Source: an uncultured Rickettsiaceae bacterium (GTDB lineage Bacteria; Pseudomonadota; Alphaproteobacteria; Rickettsiales; UBA6187). Taken from it: a stretch of 64,000 bases of DNA. Where the stretch lies: positions 4,749 to 68,748 of the forward strand of contig CAZOKN010000004.1 of NCBI GenBank assembly GCA_964580525.1, in the 5' to 3' direction. Position 1 is the first letter of the stretch; every line of letters starts with the position of its first letter. Positions 19,022-28,259 of this stretch are shown piece by piece. The position numbers and the translations under genes were made by a program. Under the pieces are notes generated by a model. The model ran no database searches, was not told the DNA's origin, and saw nothing but the letters and a program-made list of their open reading frames with translations.

Positions 19022-19513
19022 GTGTCCTTGGTGAGTAAGCAGATACCTGAGAAAAAAGTTAATTATTTAGTTTGCGTAAATAGTGAACATTATTCTGAAG
19101 TTGCGTTGCATTTTGCTAGTAAGGTTGCGCAGCAGAATAATGGTTCTGTGGTTTTATTGCATGTTATTGAGCCTGCTGACTATCAAAGCATTGGAGCAAT
19201 TGCTGATAAAATACGTAAAGAAAAGATAGCTGAGGCCGAAGATTTGCTAGCAGAACTTGCTGGTAAGGTAAATCAATGGGTTGGTCTTACTCCAGTTTTT
19301 ATAGTGCGTGAAGGTCTTATAGAAAGTGAAATTATTTCCCTTGTGAAAGAGGATAAGAGCATAAATATGCTTGTTGTTGGGGCGGCTTATGAAACATCAA
19401 GTAAAGGGAAAATATTACAGCCTTTGGTTTCTGCAATTGGTCATAAAATTTTGATTCCTATGCTCATCGTTCCAGGCAATCTGACTGACGAAGAAATTGA
19501 ACGTCTGGCCTGA
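19022..19513 (+). CDS. universal stress protein family
   Basis: 163 aa. USP fold cues VLLHVIEP and MLVVGA. GTG start 3 nt after the preceding stop. Confidence 0.65.
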   Translation: MSLVSKQIPEKKVNYLVCVNSEHYSEVALHFASKVAQQNNGSVVLLHVIEPADYQSIGAIADKIRKEKIAEAEDLLAELAGKVNQWVGLTPVFIVREGLIESEIISLVKEDKSINMLVVGAAYETSSKGKILQPLVSAIGHKILIPMLIVPGNLTDEEIERLA

Positions 19514-19549
19514 AATCTATTGAAATCTGTGTCTTTTTCTCCATTTTCA

Positions 19550-19590
19550 TTGACAATTTGGTTAGTTTACTTTATAAAACCAACCAAATT
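19550..19590 (+). promoter_or_regulatory. sigma70-type promoter overlapped by a 9-bp inverted repeat (candidate operator)
   Basis: TTGACA 19550-19555, a 17-nt spacer, then TATAAA 19573-19578. The perfect inverted repeat aatttggtt (19555-19563) / aaccaaatt (19582-19590) brackets the -10 element. Confidence 0.5.
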
Positions 19591-19618
19591 AGTAGGATAA
19601 TATTTTCAAGGATTTACA

Positions 19619-20176
19619 ATGTTTATTCAGACTGAAACAACTCCCAATCCGTCTACCTTAAAATTCATACCTGGTGAAACGGTTATGGCTTCTGGAACAG
19701 TTAATTTTACTAGCAAGGCAGAAGCAGTAACTTCGCCTTTGGCAAACGCTCTTTTTGCGATAACTGATGTAAAAGCTGTATTTTTAGGCAATGATTTTAT
19801 TACGGTTACAAAATCTGATGATAAAGGTTGGGATGTCTTAAAAACAGAAGTGCTTACAACTATCATGGAACATTTTATTTCTGGGCAGCCTATAATTGGC
19901 GAAGGTGCAGCGGTTAAAAAAGCTGATACATCAAATGATGATGACGATGAAATTGTGAAGCAAATAAAAGAATTAATTGATACAAGAGTTCGTCCTTCTG
20001 TAGCACAAGATGGTGGTGATATAATTTTCCGTGGTTTTGCTAATGGTGTAGTTTTACTTGAAATGCATGGCTCTTGCTCAGGATGTCCAAGCTCTACTGT
20101 GACATTGAAAAACGGTATTGAAACTATGCTAAAACACTATATACCAGAAGTCGAGGCGGTCGAAGCCGTCGATTAA
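19619..20176 (+). CDS. NifU-family Fe-S cluster assembly protein (Nfu_N plus NifU C-terminal domain)
   Basis: MFIQTETTPNPSTLKF N-terminal domain and a C-terminal CSGCPSS motif. Confidence 0.85.
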   Translation: MFIQTETTPNPSTLKFIPGETVMASGTVNFTSKAEAVTSPLANALFAITDVKAVFLGNDFITVTKSDDKGWDVLKTEVLTTIMEHFISGQPIIGEGAAVKKADTSNDDDDEIVKQIKELIDTRVRPSVAQDGGDIIFRGFANGVVLLEMHGSCSGCPSSTVTLKNGIETMLKHYIPEVEAVEAVD

Positions 20177-20198
20177 CTTTTATTTATATAGGTAATTT

Positions 20199-20483
20199 AT
20201 GAAAATCGTTTCTATTTTTGTTGCAGGAACTTTGTTTTTAGCTACTTCAGCATTTGCTACTGAAAACGTTAACAATATTTTTGATGCTCAGCCGCAAGTG
20301 GAAGAGGCTGCTAATGACTCAGTTATTCCTTCTGATGATGTTGTAAAGAGCAAGCCTTCTACAGTTAAAAAGAGTGCTGCAAAATCTAAAGCAAAGAAGA
20401 CAGTAAAAAAATCTAGTGCTAAAGTAAAACATAAAGTTAAAGCTAAAACAGTAAAACACGTAGCTAAGAAAAAGCCAGCGTAA
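20199..20483 (+). CDS. small exported protein with a histone-H1-like Lys/Ala/Ser-rich tail
   Basis: Signal peptide MKIVSIFVAGTLFLATSAFA, then KKSAAKSKAKKTVKKSSAKVKHKVKAKTVKHVAKKKPA. Confidence 0.55.
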   Translation: MKIVSIFVAGTLFLATSAFATENVNNIFDAQPQVEEAANDSVIPSDDVVKSKPSTVKKSAAKSKAKKTVKKSSAKVKHKVKAKTVKHVAKKKPA

Positions 20484-20485
20484 TT

Positions 20486-21760
20486 TTACCTGTTAGTTTT
20501 CATTGCGTCGCTTGCGAGATATAGTGAGCCGCAAAATATAATACGGGCAGGCGTTTGAGATCTTTTTTTAAGAAAATTTAAAGCTTCTTCGATAGACTCA
20601 AATGCCTCCGCTTCAATTCCATTTTCGTTAGCAGCTTTTGCTATTTCTTCAGGATTTTGTGCAGATAGTTCGGTCTCTACCAAAACTCCGCACACAAAAT
20701 CAGCTTTTCCTATAAAATGTTTGGTAAATTCTTTCGCGCTACGACCACGTGTGAAGCCGCATATAAGGTAATTTGGTTTGTCTTTCCAATCTTCTATAAT
20801 GCAGGATACAATATGTGCGCCTGCATTATTATGTGCACCATCTAGCCATATTTCCCAACCTTCTGGTAAGTGGCTGAGTAATTTTCCTTTTGTGATTTGC
20901 TGCATACGAGCAGGCCATTTTACATCCTGCAAACCATCGGATATATGTTCATCAGATATTTTAAAATTCTTCAATATTTTAGCTGCAGTTATTGCCGTTC
21001 CGGCATTTACTATCTGATGGTCGCCCAGCAATCCAGGCTGTGGTAGTGTAATTTCGCAGGAAGAATTTTTATATATCATGCCGGCTTTTGTTTTTTCAGT
21101 GACCCAGTCATAGCCGAAGGATAGTAGTTCACAATTTAGTTCATCTGCTTTTTCTTCGAGTAATAAATTTACCTCATCAAATTGCAAGCTTGATATGCAA
21201 GGTACATCGCGTTTTAGTATACCAATTTTTTCACGCGCAATTGTTTGCACAGTTGGACCAAGATATTCCATGTGATCTAGCGATATAGGAGTTATGATTG
21301 TGCACAGAGGTTTGTCAAAAATATTAGTAGCATCAAGGCGGCCACCCATTCCTGTTTCAAGCAATACTATATCAGCTTTTACACGTGAAAAAGCTAGAAA
21401 AGCCATAGCTGTTGTGCCTTCGAAAAAAGTAATAGTCATATCTTCAGTGGCCAATCTACATTCATCAGCAATCTCGGCTAGATAATCATCGCTTATTTCA
21501 TTGCCTGCTAAAACTATACGTTCATTAAAATTGAGCAAATGTGGCGATGTATAAACATGAACTTTATATCCGGCAGCTTCTAGAAATGCTCTAAGGAAAG
21601 CAACAGTAGAACCTTTGCCGTTTGTTCCGGCAACATGCACAATAGGTGGCAGCATGTGTTCAGGATGCTTTAATCTTTTTAGAATTTCTTCTATTCTTTC
21701 CAGGCCAAAATTTATGGGCTTGCTGGCCAGATTTTTTGGCCAATGTGGCATGAAAACCAT
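20486..21760 (-). CDS. folC: bifunctional folylpolyglutamate synthase / dihydrofolate synthase
   Basis: HVAGTNGKGST P-loop and Mur-ligase fold. Confidence 0.88.
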   Translation of the reverse strand: MVFMPHWPKNLASKPINFGLERIEEILKRLKHPEHMLPPIVHVAGTNGKGSTVAFLRAFLEAAGYKVHVYTSPHLLNFNERIVLAGNEISDDYLAEIADECRLATEDMTITFFEGTTAMAFLAFSRVKADIVLLETGMGGRLDATNIFDKPLCTIITPISLDHMEYLGPTVQTIAREKIGILKRDVPCISSLQFDEVNLLLEEKADELNCELLSFGYDWVTEKTKAGMIYKNSSCEITLPQPGLLGDHQIVNAGTAITAAKILKNFKISDEHISDGLQDVKWPARMQQITKGKLLSHLPEGWEIWLDGAHNNAGAHIVSCIIEDWKDKPNYLICGFTRGRSAKEFTKHFIGKADFVCGVLVETELSAQNPEEIAKAANENGIEAEAFESIEEALNFLKKRSQTPARIIFCGSLYLASDAMKTNR

Positions 21761-21786
21761 TTGCTTTCCTAAGTGTAAGTTAAGCT

Positions 21787-22872
21787 CTAACTATTCATAA
21801 ATTTCTTTAGAGTATCTATAACCCTTTTATTATCTTTCTCAAGACCAATGGTTATTCTCAAATATTCCTCTAGGCCATAATTGGCAACAGGGCGGACGAT
21901 TATGCCATTTTCCATCAGATATTCAAAGGCATTGGCAGCATTTTTTTCACCATTTGGAAATTTGGCCATGATAAAATTTCCGACGCTAGGAGCAGGGTTA
22001 AGACCAATTGCCGTTAGTTGCTCGGTCATAAATTTTAGCTGATTGGCATTTAATATGCGGGCTTTTTCGGTAAATTCTTTATCTTTTACCGCCGCAACAG
22101 CAGCATTCATAGCTGGGGTTGAAACGTTGAAAGGTCCGCGCACTCTATTTAAAATATCGATAACTTCTAAAGGACAATATGCCCAGCCAATACGCAAAGA
22201 CGCAAGGCCATATATTTTAGAAAATGTTCTGGTCATGACGGTATTATTGCCCATATCAACCAGATCTTCACCCTTAGTATAATCTTTTTCTGCAACATAC
22301 TCAGCATAAGCGCCATCTATCACCAGAAGAACATTTTCTGGAAGACCTTTGCGCAGCCTTATCATTTCATCGCGAGATATATAGCTGCCTGTTGGATTAT
22401 TAGGATTAGCTACAAAAACTATTCTTGTGCGCCCAGTTACTGCTTTTAAAATTGCATCAACATCAGTGCGTAGATTTTTTTCAGGCACAGAAACAGGTTT
22501 GGCTCCCACAGCCATTGCATAAATTTTATACATTAGAAAGCCATGCTCGGTGTATAAAACTTCGTCGCCTGGTTCTGTATAAGCAGTGCATAAAAATGAA
22601 ATTAGTTCATCAGACCCTGCGCCGCAGATTATTTGTTCAGGATTTAAATTATAAACTTCGCCAATTGCTTCACGTAATAAAGCCGAGCTTCCTTCTGGGT
22701 AGCGGTATAATGTTGAGGCTGATTCTTTGAATGCAGCAATAGCTTTTGGGCTTGGTCCAAGTGGTGTTTCGTTGGAAGAAAGTTTTAATACTTCCACAGC
22801 CTTACCTGTTTTCGATAATCCGCCTTTATAAGGAGAAATATCTAAAATGCTTTGCCTTGTTTTTAACGTCAT
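21787..22872 (-). CDS. hisC: histidinol-phosphate aminotransferase
   Basis: 361 aa class-II aminotransferase. LSSNETPLGPSP and the RTFSKIYGLASLRIG PLP-lysine motif. Confidence 0.88.
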   Translation of the reverse strand: MTLKTRQSILDISPYKGGLSKTGKAVEVLKLSSNETPLGPSPKAIAAFKESASTLYRYPEGSSALLREAIGEVYNLNPEQIICGAGSDELISFLCTAYTEPGDEVLYTEHGFLMYKIYAMAVGAKPVSVPEKNLRTDVDAILKAVTGRTRIVFVANPNNPTGSYISRDEMIRLRKGLPENVLLVIDGAYAEYVAEKDYTKGEDLVDMGNNTVMTRTFSKIYGLASLRIGWAYCPLEVIDILNRVRGPFNVSTPAMNAAVAAVKDKEFTEKARILNANQLKFMTEQLTAIGLNPAPSVGNFIMAKFPNGEKNAANAFEYLMENGIIVRPVANYGLEEYLRITIGLEKDNKRVIDTLKKFMNS

Positions 22873-22881
22873 AAAAATATC

Positions 22882-23706
22882 CTATAATTTTATCGGGGTT
22901 GCATAAGCACCCATAAACCTGATTACTGAATCTTTATCCAAATGTTTTTTGATAGATTCAATAGCAGATTCACCTGCATGCAGGAATTTATTTATTTCAA
23001 CCAAATAATCTTTGCCATTATGGACAGCTATAAAGTTTATCTTCAAGCCTTCATTGGCAAAAAACTTTTCTATATTTTCTTTTGGAGAAGTTGTGTGGAT
23101 AGAGATAATTGATATATCATCATTTGTCGCTTCCGGCATAACGTTAGCAATGGCAAGAGCAGAGGGAACCTTTGATTTTTCTGTTTCAACAAATGGAATA
23201 CGTGCGAATATGTAAACGTCATTTTTTTCTTTACCTGGGCGTACCCACCATGGTTTATCGGAATTATCTTGCAAAGGCAGAACGCCGACAGAAGCATTTC
23301 CTGCTGTTACGTCTTTTATGACCTTATCTGCACTTTCCTGCTGGGTAATTTTCAAGAAGCTGCCAAAATATTCACGCGCAAGCCAAAAACAGGATTTATC
23401 CTGTCCAGAGGAGTAACTGGATACGGACATCTCCTGCTCTGTCGCAAGAGATGTTGATATGATCATCCTCCACATTGTGGCTATAGCTTCGGCTGGAAAA
23501 GTATCCTTTGCTTCTTTTACAAGATTACGCAGCATAGTTGCCTCACGCCCCGCTCTTATAAAGCTTTGTGTTGCGCTAGTTTGCTTCTTGTAATGTCCAA
23601 CTTCTTTTACAATTTCCATGCGTTTTTTTAAAAGACCGACAATTTCTATATCAATATCGTCGATTTTTTTTCTGAAACTGCTAAGATCTTCTTTCTTATT
23701 AGTCAT
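22882..23706 (-). CDS. chorismate mutase family protein
   Basis: N-terminal AroQ helix LSSFRKKIDDIDIEIVGLLKKRMEIVKEVG. It takes the usual position upstream of hisC in alphaproteobacteria. Confidence 0.7.
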   Translation of the reverse strand: MTNKKEDLSSFRKKIDDIDIEIVGLLKKRMEIVKEVGHYKKQTSATQSFIRAGREATMLRNLVKEAKDTFPAEAIATMWRMIISTSLATEQEMSVSSYSSGQDKSCFWLAREYFGSFLKITQQESADKVIKDVTAGNASVGVLPLQDNSDKPWWVRPGKEKNDVYIFARIPFVETEKSKVPSALAIANVMPEATNDDISIISIHTTSPKENIEKFFANEGLKINFIAVHNGKDYLVEINKFLHAGESAIESIKKHLDKDSVIRFMGAYATPIKL

Positions 23707-23790
23707 AAATTTTTTATTTTCTCGGAAAATATTGACAAAAAACTTTAATGTGACAAAGTCTCGCGAGTTTTTTAAAATAATTTAATACTT

Positions 23791-24957
23791 ATGTCAAAGA
23801 AAGTTAAATCGGCTTTTGGGCCAAAATATAAAGAAGTTGAAGTTGGTGATATTGTTGTCCTGGCGAAGGAAGAGCCATTGCTGCTGGATTGCGGCCAGGA
23901 AATTTCATCATTTCCGATAGCATATCAGACGCATGGTAAGCTTAATGCTGAAAAATCCAATGCGATTTTGGTTTGCCATGGCCTAACAGGTGACCAATAT
24001 ATTGCAAGCCAACATCCCGTAACCGGCAAGCCTGGCTGGTGGGAAATGATTGTTGGTCCAGGAAAAATCCTGGATACTGATAAATATTTTATCATCTGCT
24101 CAAATGTTTTGGGTGGCTGCATGGGCTCTTTTGGGCCTAAAAGCATAAATGAGAAAACTGGTAAGCCGTATAATCTCGATTTTCCTGTACTTACCATTGG
24201 CGATATGGTGCGGGCGCAAAAATTGTTGGTGCAGCATTTTGGCATTAAACAATTATTTAGTGTTATAGGTGGATCCATGGGTGGCATGTTAGCGCTGGAA
24301 TGGGCGGTGAGTTTTCCAAGAATGGTTTTTTCTTCTGTTGTTATTGCATCTGCAGCAAGGCACACGGCACAAAATATTGCATTCCATGAAATAGGCAGAC
24401 AGACAATCATGGCGGATACCGAGTGGTGTGATGGTAATTATATCAATGAAACCCGTTATCCTTCTAAAGGCCTTTCAGTTGCAAGGATGACTGCGCATAT
24501 AACCTATCTTTCTGAATCCGGTTTGCAGCGTAAATTTGATCGTGGTTTGCAGGATAGAGAAGCAATAACTTATGGTTTTGATGCAGATTTCCAGATAGAG
24601 AGCTATTTGCGTCATCAAGGCATTACATTTGTAGAGAGATTTGACCCAAATTCTTATTTATATATCACGCGGGCGATGGATTATTTTGATCTTGTTGATG
24701 CGCATGGTGGAGTTTTGGCTAGGGCTTTTGATAAGGTTAGTACTAAATTTTGTGTAATATCATTTTCTAGCGATTGGTTATTTCCGACTTCAGAAGCAAA
24801 ACATATTGTTCATGCCCTTAGTGCTTCGGCATCGAAGGTTAGTTTTGTTGAGGTTACTACCGATAAAGGCCATGATGCATTTTTGATGGATGAACCGGAA
24901 TTTTTTGTGACCTTGGATGGATTCTTAAAAGGTGCTGCGGAAGATAGGGGATTGTAA
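23791..24957 (+). CDS. metX: homoserine O-acetyltransferase
   Basis: 388 aa. HGLTGD and GGSMGGM nucleophile motifs. metW follows immediately. Confidence 0.9.
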   Translation: MSKKVKSAFGPKYKEVEVGDIVVLAKEEPLLLDCGQEISSFPIAYQTHGKLNAEKSNAILVCHGLTGDQYIASQHPVTGKPGWWEMIVGPGKILDTDKYFIICSNVLGGCMGSFGPKSINEKTGKPYNLDFPVLTIGDMVRAQKLLVQHFGIKQLFSVIGGSMGGMLALEWAVSFPRMVFSSVVIASAARHTAQNIAFHEIGRQTIMADTEWCDGNYINETRYPSKGLSVARMTAHITYLSESGLQRKFDRGLQDREAITYGFDADFQIESYLRHQGITFVERFDPNSYLYITRAMDYFDLVDAHGGVLARAFDKVSTKFCVISFSSDWLFPTSEAKHIVHALSASASKVSFVEVTTDKGHDAFLMDEPEFFVTLDGFLKGAAEDRGL

Positions 24958-25574
24958 TGGATAAATTAATTCTTCGCAGAGATTTGCAATATATAGCCCA
25001 TGCCATAAAAGATGGTAGCAGGGTTTTAGAGCTTGGCTGTGGTGATGGAGAATTATTGCATTACCTACATAATGAAAAAAAAGTTGATGCGCGTGGGATT
25101 GAAATTTCACAAAGTGGCGTTAGTAATTGTGTAAAAAATGGCCTGTCAGTTATACAAGGCGATGCTGATGTTGATTTAAAATTTTATCCTGAAAAATGTT
25201 TTGATTATGCAGTCTCCAGCCAAATGATACAGGCCACTGCTAATCCAAAAGAAGTTTTACAGGAGATGATGAGAATAGCTAATTGTGCTATTATATCTTT
25301 ACCGAATTTTGGCTATTGGTTTAACCGTTTATATCTTGTTTTAAAAGGTCGTATGCCGGTTTCAGACACTCTCAGCTATCAATGGTATGAGACGCCAAAT
25401 ATTCACTTTAGCACAATGAAAGATTTTGAAATTCTGTGCAAAGAATTGGGTTATAAAATAAGAAAGCAGTTTTATCTTCTGCCGTCAGGAGAAGAGCTGG
25501 GATTTTTTAGATCTTTGTTTTCTAACTTATTTTGTGAGAAATGTGTTTTTGTACTGACACATGGGGATAAATAA
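24957..25574 (+). CDS. metW: methionine biosynthesis protein MetW
   Basis: SAM-methyltransferase fold VLELGCGDGELL. The start overlaps the metX stop. Confidence 0.85.
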   Translation: MDKLILRRDLQYIAHAIKDGSRVLELGCGDGELLHYLHNEKKVDARGIEISQSGVSNCVKNGLSVIQGDADVDLKFYPEKCFDYAVSSQMIQATANPKEVLQEMMRIANCAIISLPNFGYWFNRLYLVLKGRMPVSDTLSYQWYETPNIHFSTMKDFEILCKELGYKIRKQFYLLPSGEELGFFRSLFSNLFCEKCVFVLTHGDK

Positions 25575-25579
25575 TTTTT

Positions 25580-26203
25580 ATGGAGCCAAGCTTAACTTTT
25601 GTTTTTCTTAAGGCTTTCCTTATAGGGCTGTCTGTTGCTGCTCCGGTTGGGCCTATGGGTCTTTTATGCATAAGGCGTACTTTGCAAAGCGGCTGGTTAT
25701 CTGGCTATCTTTCGGGTCTGGCAGTGGCATTTGGCGATGCTTTTTATGCATCAGTTGCGGTTTTTAGTGTGGCAGCTATCGCCCAATTTCTAACAGAATG
25801 GCAATCATTATTGCGTATAGTTGGGGGGTTGGTTTTATTGTTGATTGGATGGAAAACTTTTATTTCTAGGCCAGAAAGCATTGGTGGGGTTAAAGCCAAA
25901 AGACTGACTCCGGCAACTTTTGTTTCAACCTTCATGCTTACGCTGACTAACCCTGCAACTGTCATATATTTTACCGCTATATTCGCATCTATGGGAATTG
26001 TTGCAACCAAAGGTTTTGGTGAAGCATTAGCAGCAGTTATTGGTATATTTCTTGGTTCTATGACATGGTATGTTGTTTTATCAGGTGGTGTTAATCTTGC
26101 GCGCTCGCGTGTTACAACAAAAAGCATGGTATGGATAAATCGAATTTCTGGTACTATGCTTGCAACATTTGGAATATTAGCAATTATTACGCTTAAATCA
26201 TGA
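25580..26203 (+). CDS. LysE family amino-acid exporter
   Basis: 207 aa, six hydrophobic segments, and the PGP-like motif APVGPMGL near the N-terminus. Confidence 0.75.
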   Translation: MEPSLTFVFLKAFLIGLSVAAPVGPMGLLCIRRTLQSGWLSGYLSGLAVAFGDAFYASVAVFSVAAIAQFLTEWQSLLRIVGGLVLLLIGWKTFISRPESIGGVKAKRLTPATFVSTFMLTLTNPATVIYFTAIFASMGIVATKGFGEALAAVIGIFLGSMTWYVVLSGGVNLARSRVTTKSMVWINRISGTMLATFGILAIITLKS

Positions 26204-26919
26204 AAGTTGTAAGGATTCCTGCTCTTTCCGATAATTATATATGGCTGTTACATAATGAGGCAAATGGTCGGACTGCAGTGGTAGACCCTGCTGTTGCCGA
26301 ACCTGTTTTGGCAGAGCTTAAGAAGCAAAATTGGTCCCTTGATTTTATAATCAATACTCATCATCACGATGATCATGTTGGCGGTAACATAGAAATTAAG
26401 AGAATTACTGGGGCTAAAGTTATAGGCTATAAAGGTGACGCACATAGAATTCCCGGCATAGATATTGAAGTTGAAGATAATGAGCAAATTGAAATATGTG
26501 GCGAGGTCGCGAAAGTTATTTTTGTACCTGGTCACACGCTTGGTCATATTGTTTATTATTTTGCGGAATCTGGTTTGTTATTTTGTGGTGATACGATTTT
26601 TGCCATGGGTTGTGGAAGGCTATTTGAAGGTAGTTTTGAGCAAATGTTTTCCAGTCTACAAAAACTAGCGAAATTGCCAATTCAAACCCAGATTTACTGC
26701 GCTCACGAATATACAGAAAATAACGGTAATTTTGCTCTTAATGTCGACCATAAAAATATGTATTTACAAGAAAGAATGGCTGAGGTGAGGTCTTTAAGAA
26801 AAAATAATATCCCAACAGTGCCGTTTACCTTGGATATAGAGCTTAAAACTAATCCTATGCTTAGAGCAAAAACGATTGAGGAATTTACGGAAATTAGGAA
26901 GCTTAGGAATGTTTTTTAG
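26200..26919 (+). CDS. gloB: hydroxyacylglutathione hydrolase (glyoxalase II)
   Basis: THHHDDHVGG metallo-beta-lactamase motif and C-terminal NPMLR. Confidence 0.88.
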   Translation: MKVVRIPALSDNYIWLLHNEANGRTAVVDPAVAEPVLAELKKQNWSLDFIINTHHHDDHVGGNIEIKRITGAKVIGYKGDAHRIPGIDIEVEDNEQIEICGEVAKVIFVPGHTLGHIVYYFAESGLLFCGDTIFAMGCGRLFEGSFEQMFSSLQKLAKLPIQTQIYCAHEYTENNGNFALNVDHKNMYLQERMAEVRSLRKNNIPTVPFTLDIELKTNPMLRAKTIEEFTEIRKLRNVF

Positions 26920-27802
26920 ATTTTCGATTGCTAAACAAAGTTCCTAAACTGCTTACAACAACACCACCAATGATTAAAAAAGAAGCCAGGATAATTTCCC
27001 AAGTTAGCGGTGAAAATCCAAAGACTATCAGCCAGGTCATAGATAAGAATGAGCCTAGAAAAGCAAGGGCAGTTAGTGTGCGCATGTCGCCATGCTTCAC
27101 GCCAAAATTCCAAGCATAATAAGCAAGGCACAGTGGTGCTATTCCTATTATTATAATTTTTGTAATCTGGATGGATGAAAGTGGAACTGTTTGTTCAATA
27201 GTAAAATGCAATATAATTGAAAAAACTCCGGCAATGCTGCAGAAGCTACCAATCATATTGGCCGGTATATGGTATTTTTTGCTTAATACAGAATAAACAG
27301 ACCACATTATTGCTGCAATCAGTCCGAAAGAATAACTTTCTATGTTGGCTAAATCAAAGCCAGAAAATCCGCTGTGCATAGCGATAAAAACTATGCCGGA
27401 AAAACCCATTAAACAGCTTATTATATGGTGCAATTTCAAGTGCTCTTTGAGAATTATAGAATTTAGCATTATAGCAAGAATGGGCCATGTTGATCCCATT
27501 AGAAAAACTTCAGCTGGCGGACCCATTTTTACACCTGAAATGAAAAATGAATTAAAGCCGAATATCCCAGAAACTCCAATAAGCAGATATTTTTTGTTTT
27601 TGAATAGCGACAGAGGATTATGGCCTTGTGCAAGCTGTATAAAAATAGACAGGATTGATGATGTTATAAATGCAATAGAAAGTATTTCAAATGGCGGTAT
27701 ATCGCCGGCAGATAAAGCTAATACAGTGAAACTTGACCATAACAATGGTGCTATGAAACCTATAGCGGTAGCTTTTGATTGGCTGATATTGGTTAATGAC
27801 AT
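26903..27802 (-). CDS. EamA/DMT family transporter
   Basis: 299 aa with ten hydrophobic segments in two repeats. Confidence 0.75.
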   Translation of the reverse strand: MSLTNISQSKATAIGFIAPLLWSSFTVLALSAGDIPPFEILSIAFITSSILSIFIQLAQGHNPLSLFKNKKYLLIGVSGIFGFNSFFISGVKMGPPAEVFLMGSTWPILAIMLNSIILKEHLKLHHIISCLMGFSGIVFIAMHSGFSGFDLANIESYSFGLIAAIMWSVYSVLSKKYHIPANMIGSFCSIAGVFSIILHFTIEQTVPLSSIQITKIIIIGIAPLCLAYYAWNFGVKHGDMRTLTALAFLGSFLSMTWLIVFGFSPLTWEIILASFLIIGGVVVSSLGTLFSNRKSKKHS

Positions 27803-27890
27803 AAATGGCCAAATTTAATTTGCATAACTACCTAAGCTTTTTCTTATATGCTGTAAAGCTTAAAGGCGTGGCTTTACTTGCACTATACAT

Positions 27891-28181
27891 TTGAATGAAT
27901 TATATAATACTACAAAACCAATAGAGATTTTAACAGTGGTATCCTTCGTATTAGTATGGATTATAGTATGGTGGCTTATTCTATTTATGATTTTGCCATT
28001 TGGTGTGCAGCCTGATGAAAATGCTGTAGGCGGTAACATGAAAGCTGCACCGAAAAACCCACATCTCCGCATTAAGTTTTTTGTTACAACATTAATTTCA
28101 TGTCTAGTGACTTACATAGGATTTTATCTTGTGGGACATGGTTATTTTGATTTTTTAAACTTACAGAATGCTATACAGTAG
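27891..28181 (+). CDS. DUF1467 family membrane protein
   Basis: WWLILFMILPFGV..AP.NP motif, in the typical position next to proS in alphaproteobacteria. Confidence 0.65.
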   Translation: MNELYNTTKPIEILTVVSFVLVWIIVWWLILFMILPFGVQPDENAVGGNMKAAPKNPHLRIKFFVTTLISCLVTYIGFYLVGHGYFDFLNLQNAIQ

Positions 28182-28259
28182 CTCTTACCACTATCTTCTT
28201 GCCTCTAATCCCCTAAGGTGATAAATGCTATAAAGTTATAACAAAATAGGTTCTATTCC

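Noticed and set aside
23707-23790. A possible SAM-II (metX-leader) riboswitch upstream of metX, as seen in many alphaproteobacteria.
   Set aside because: The gap is only 84 nt and very AT-rich. I could not find the pseudoknot-forming conserved segments, such as the AAAGCU-containing 3' strand. The only feature is a short palindrome, ctcgcgag. It would need a cmsearch run with the SAM-II model to settle.
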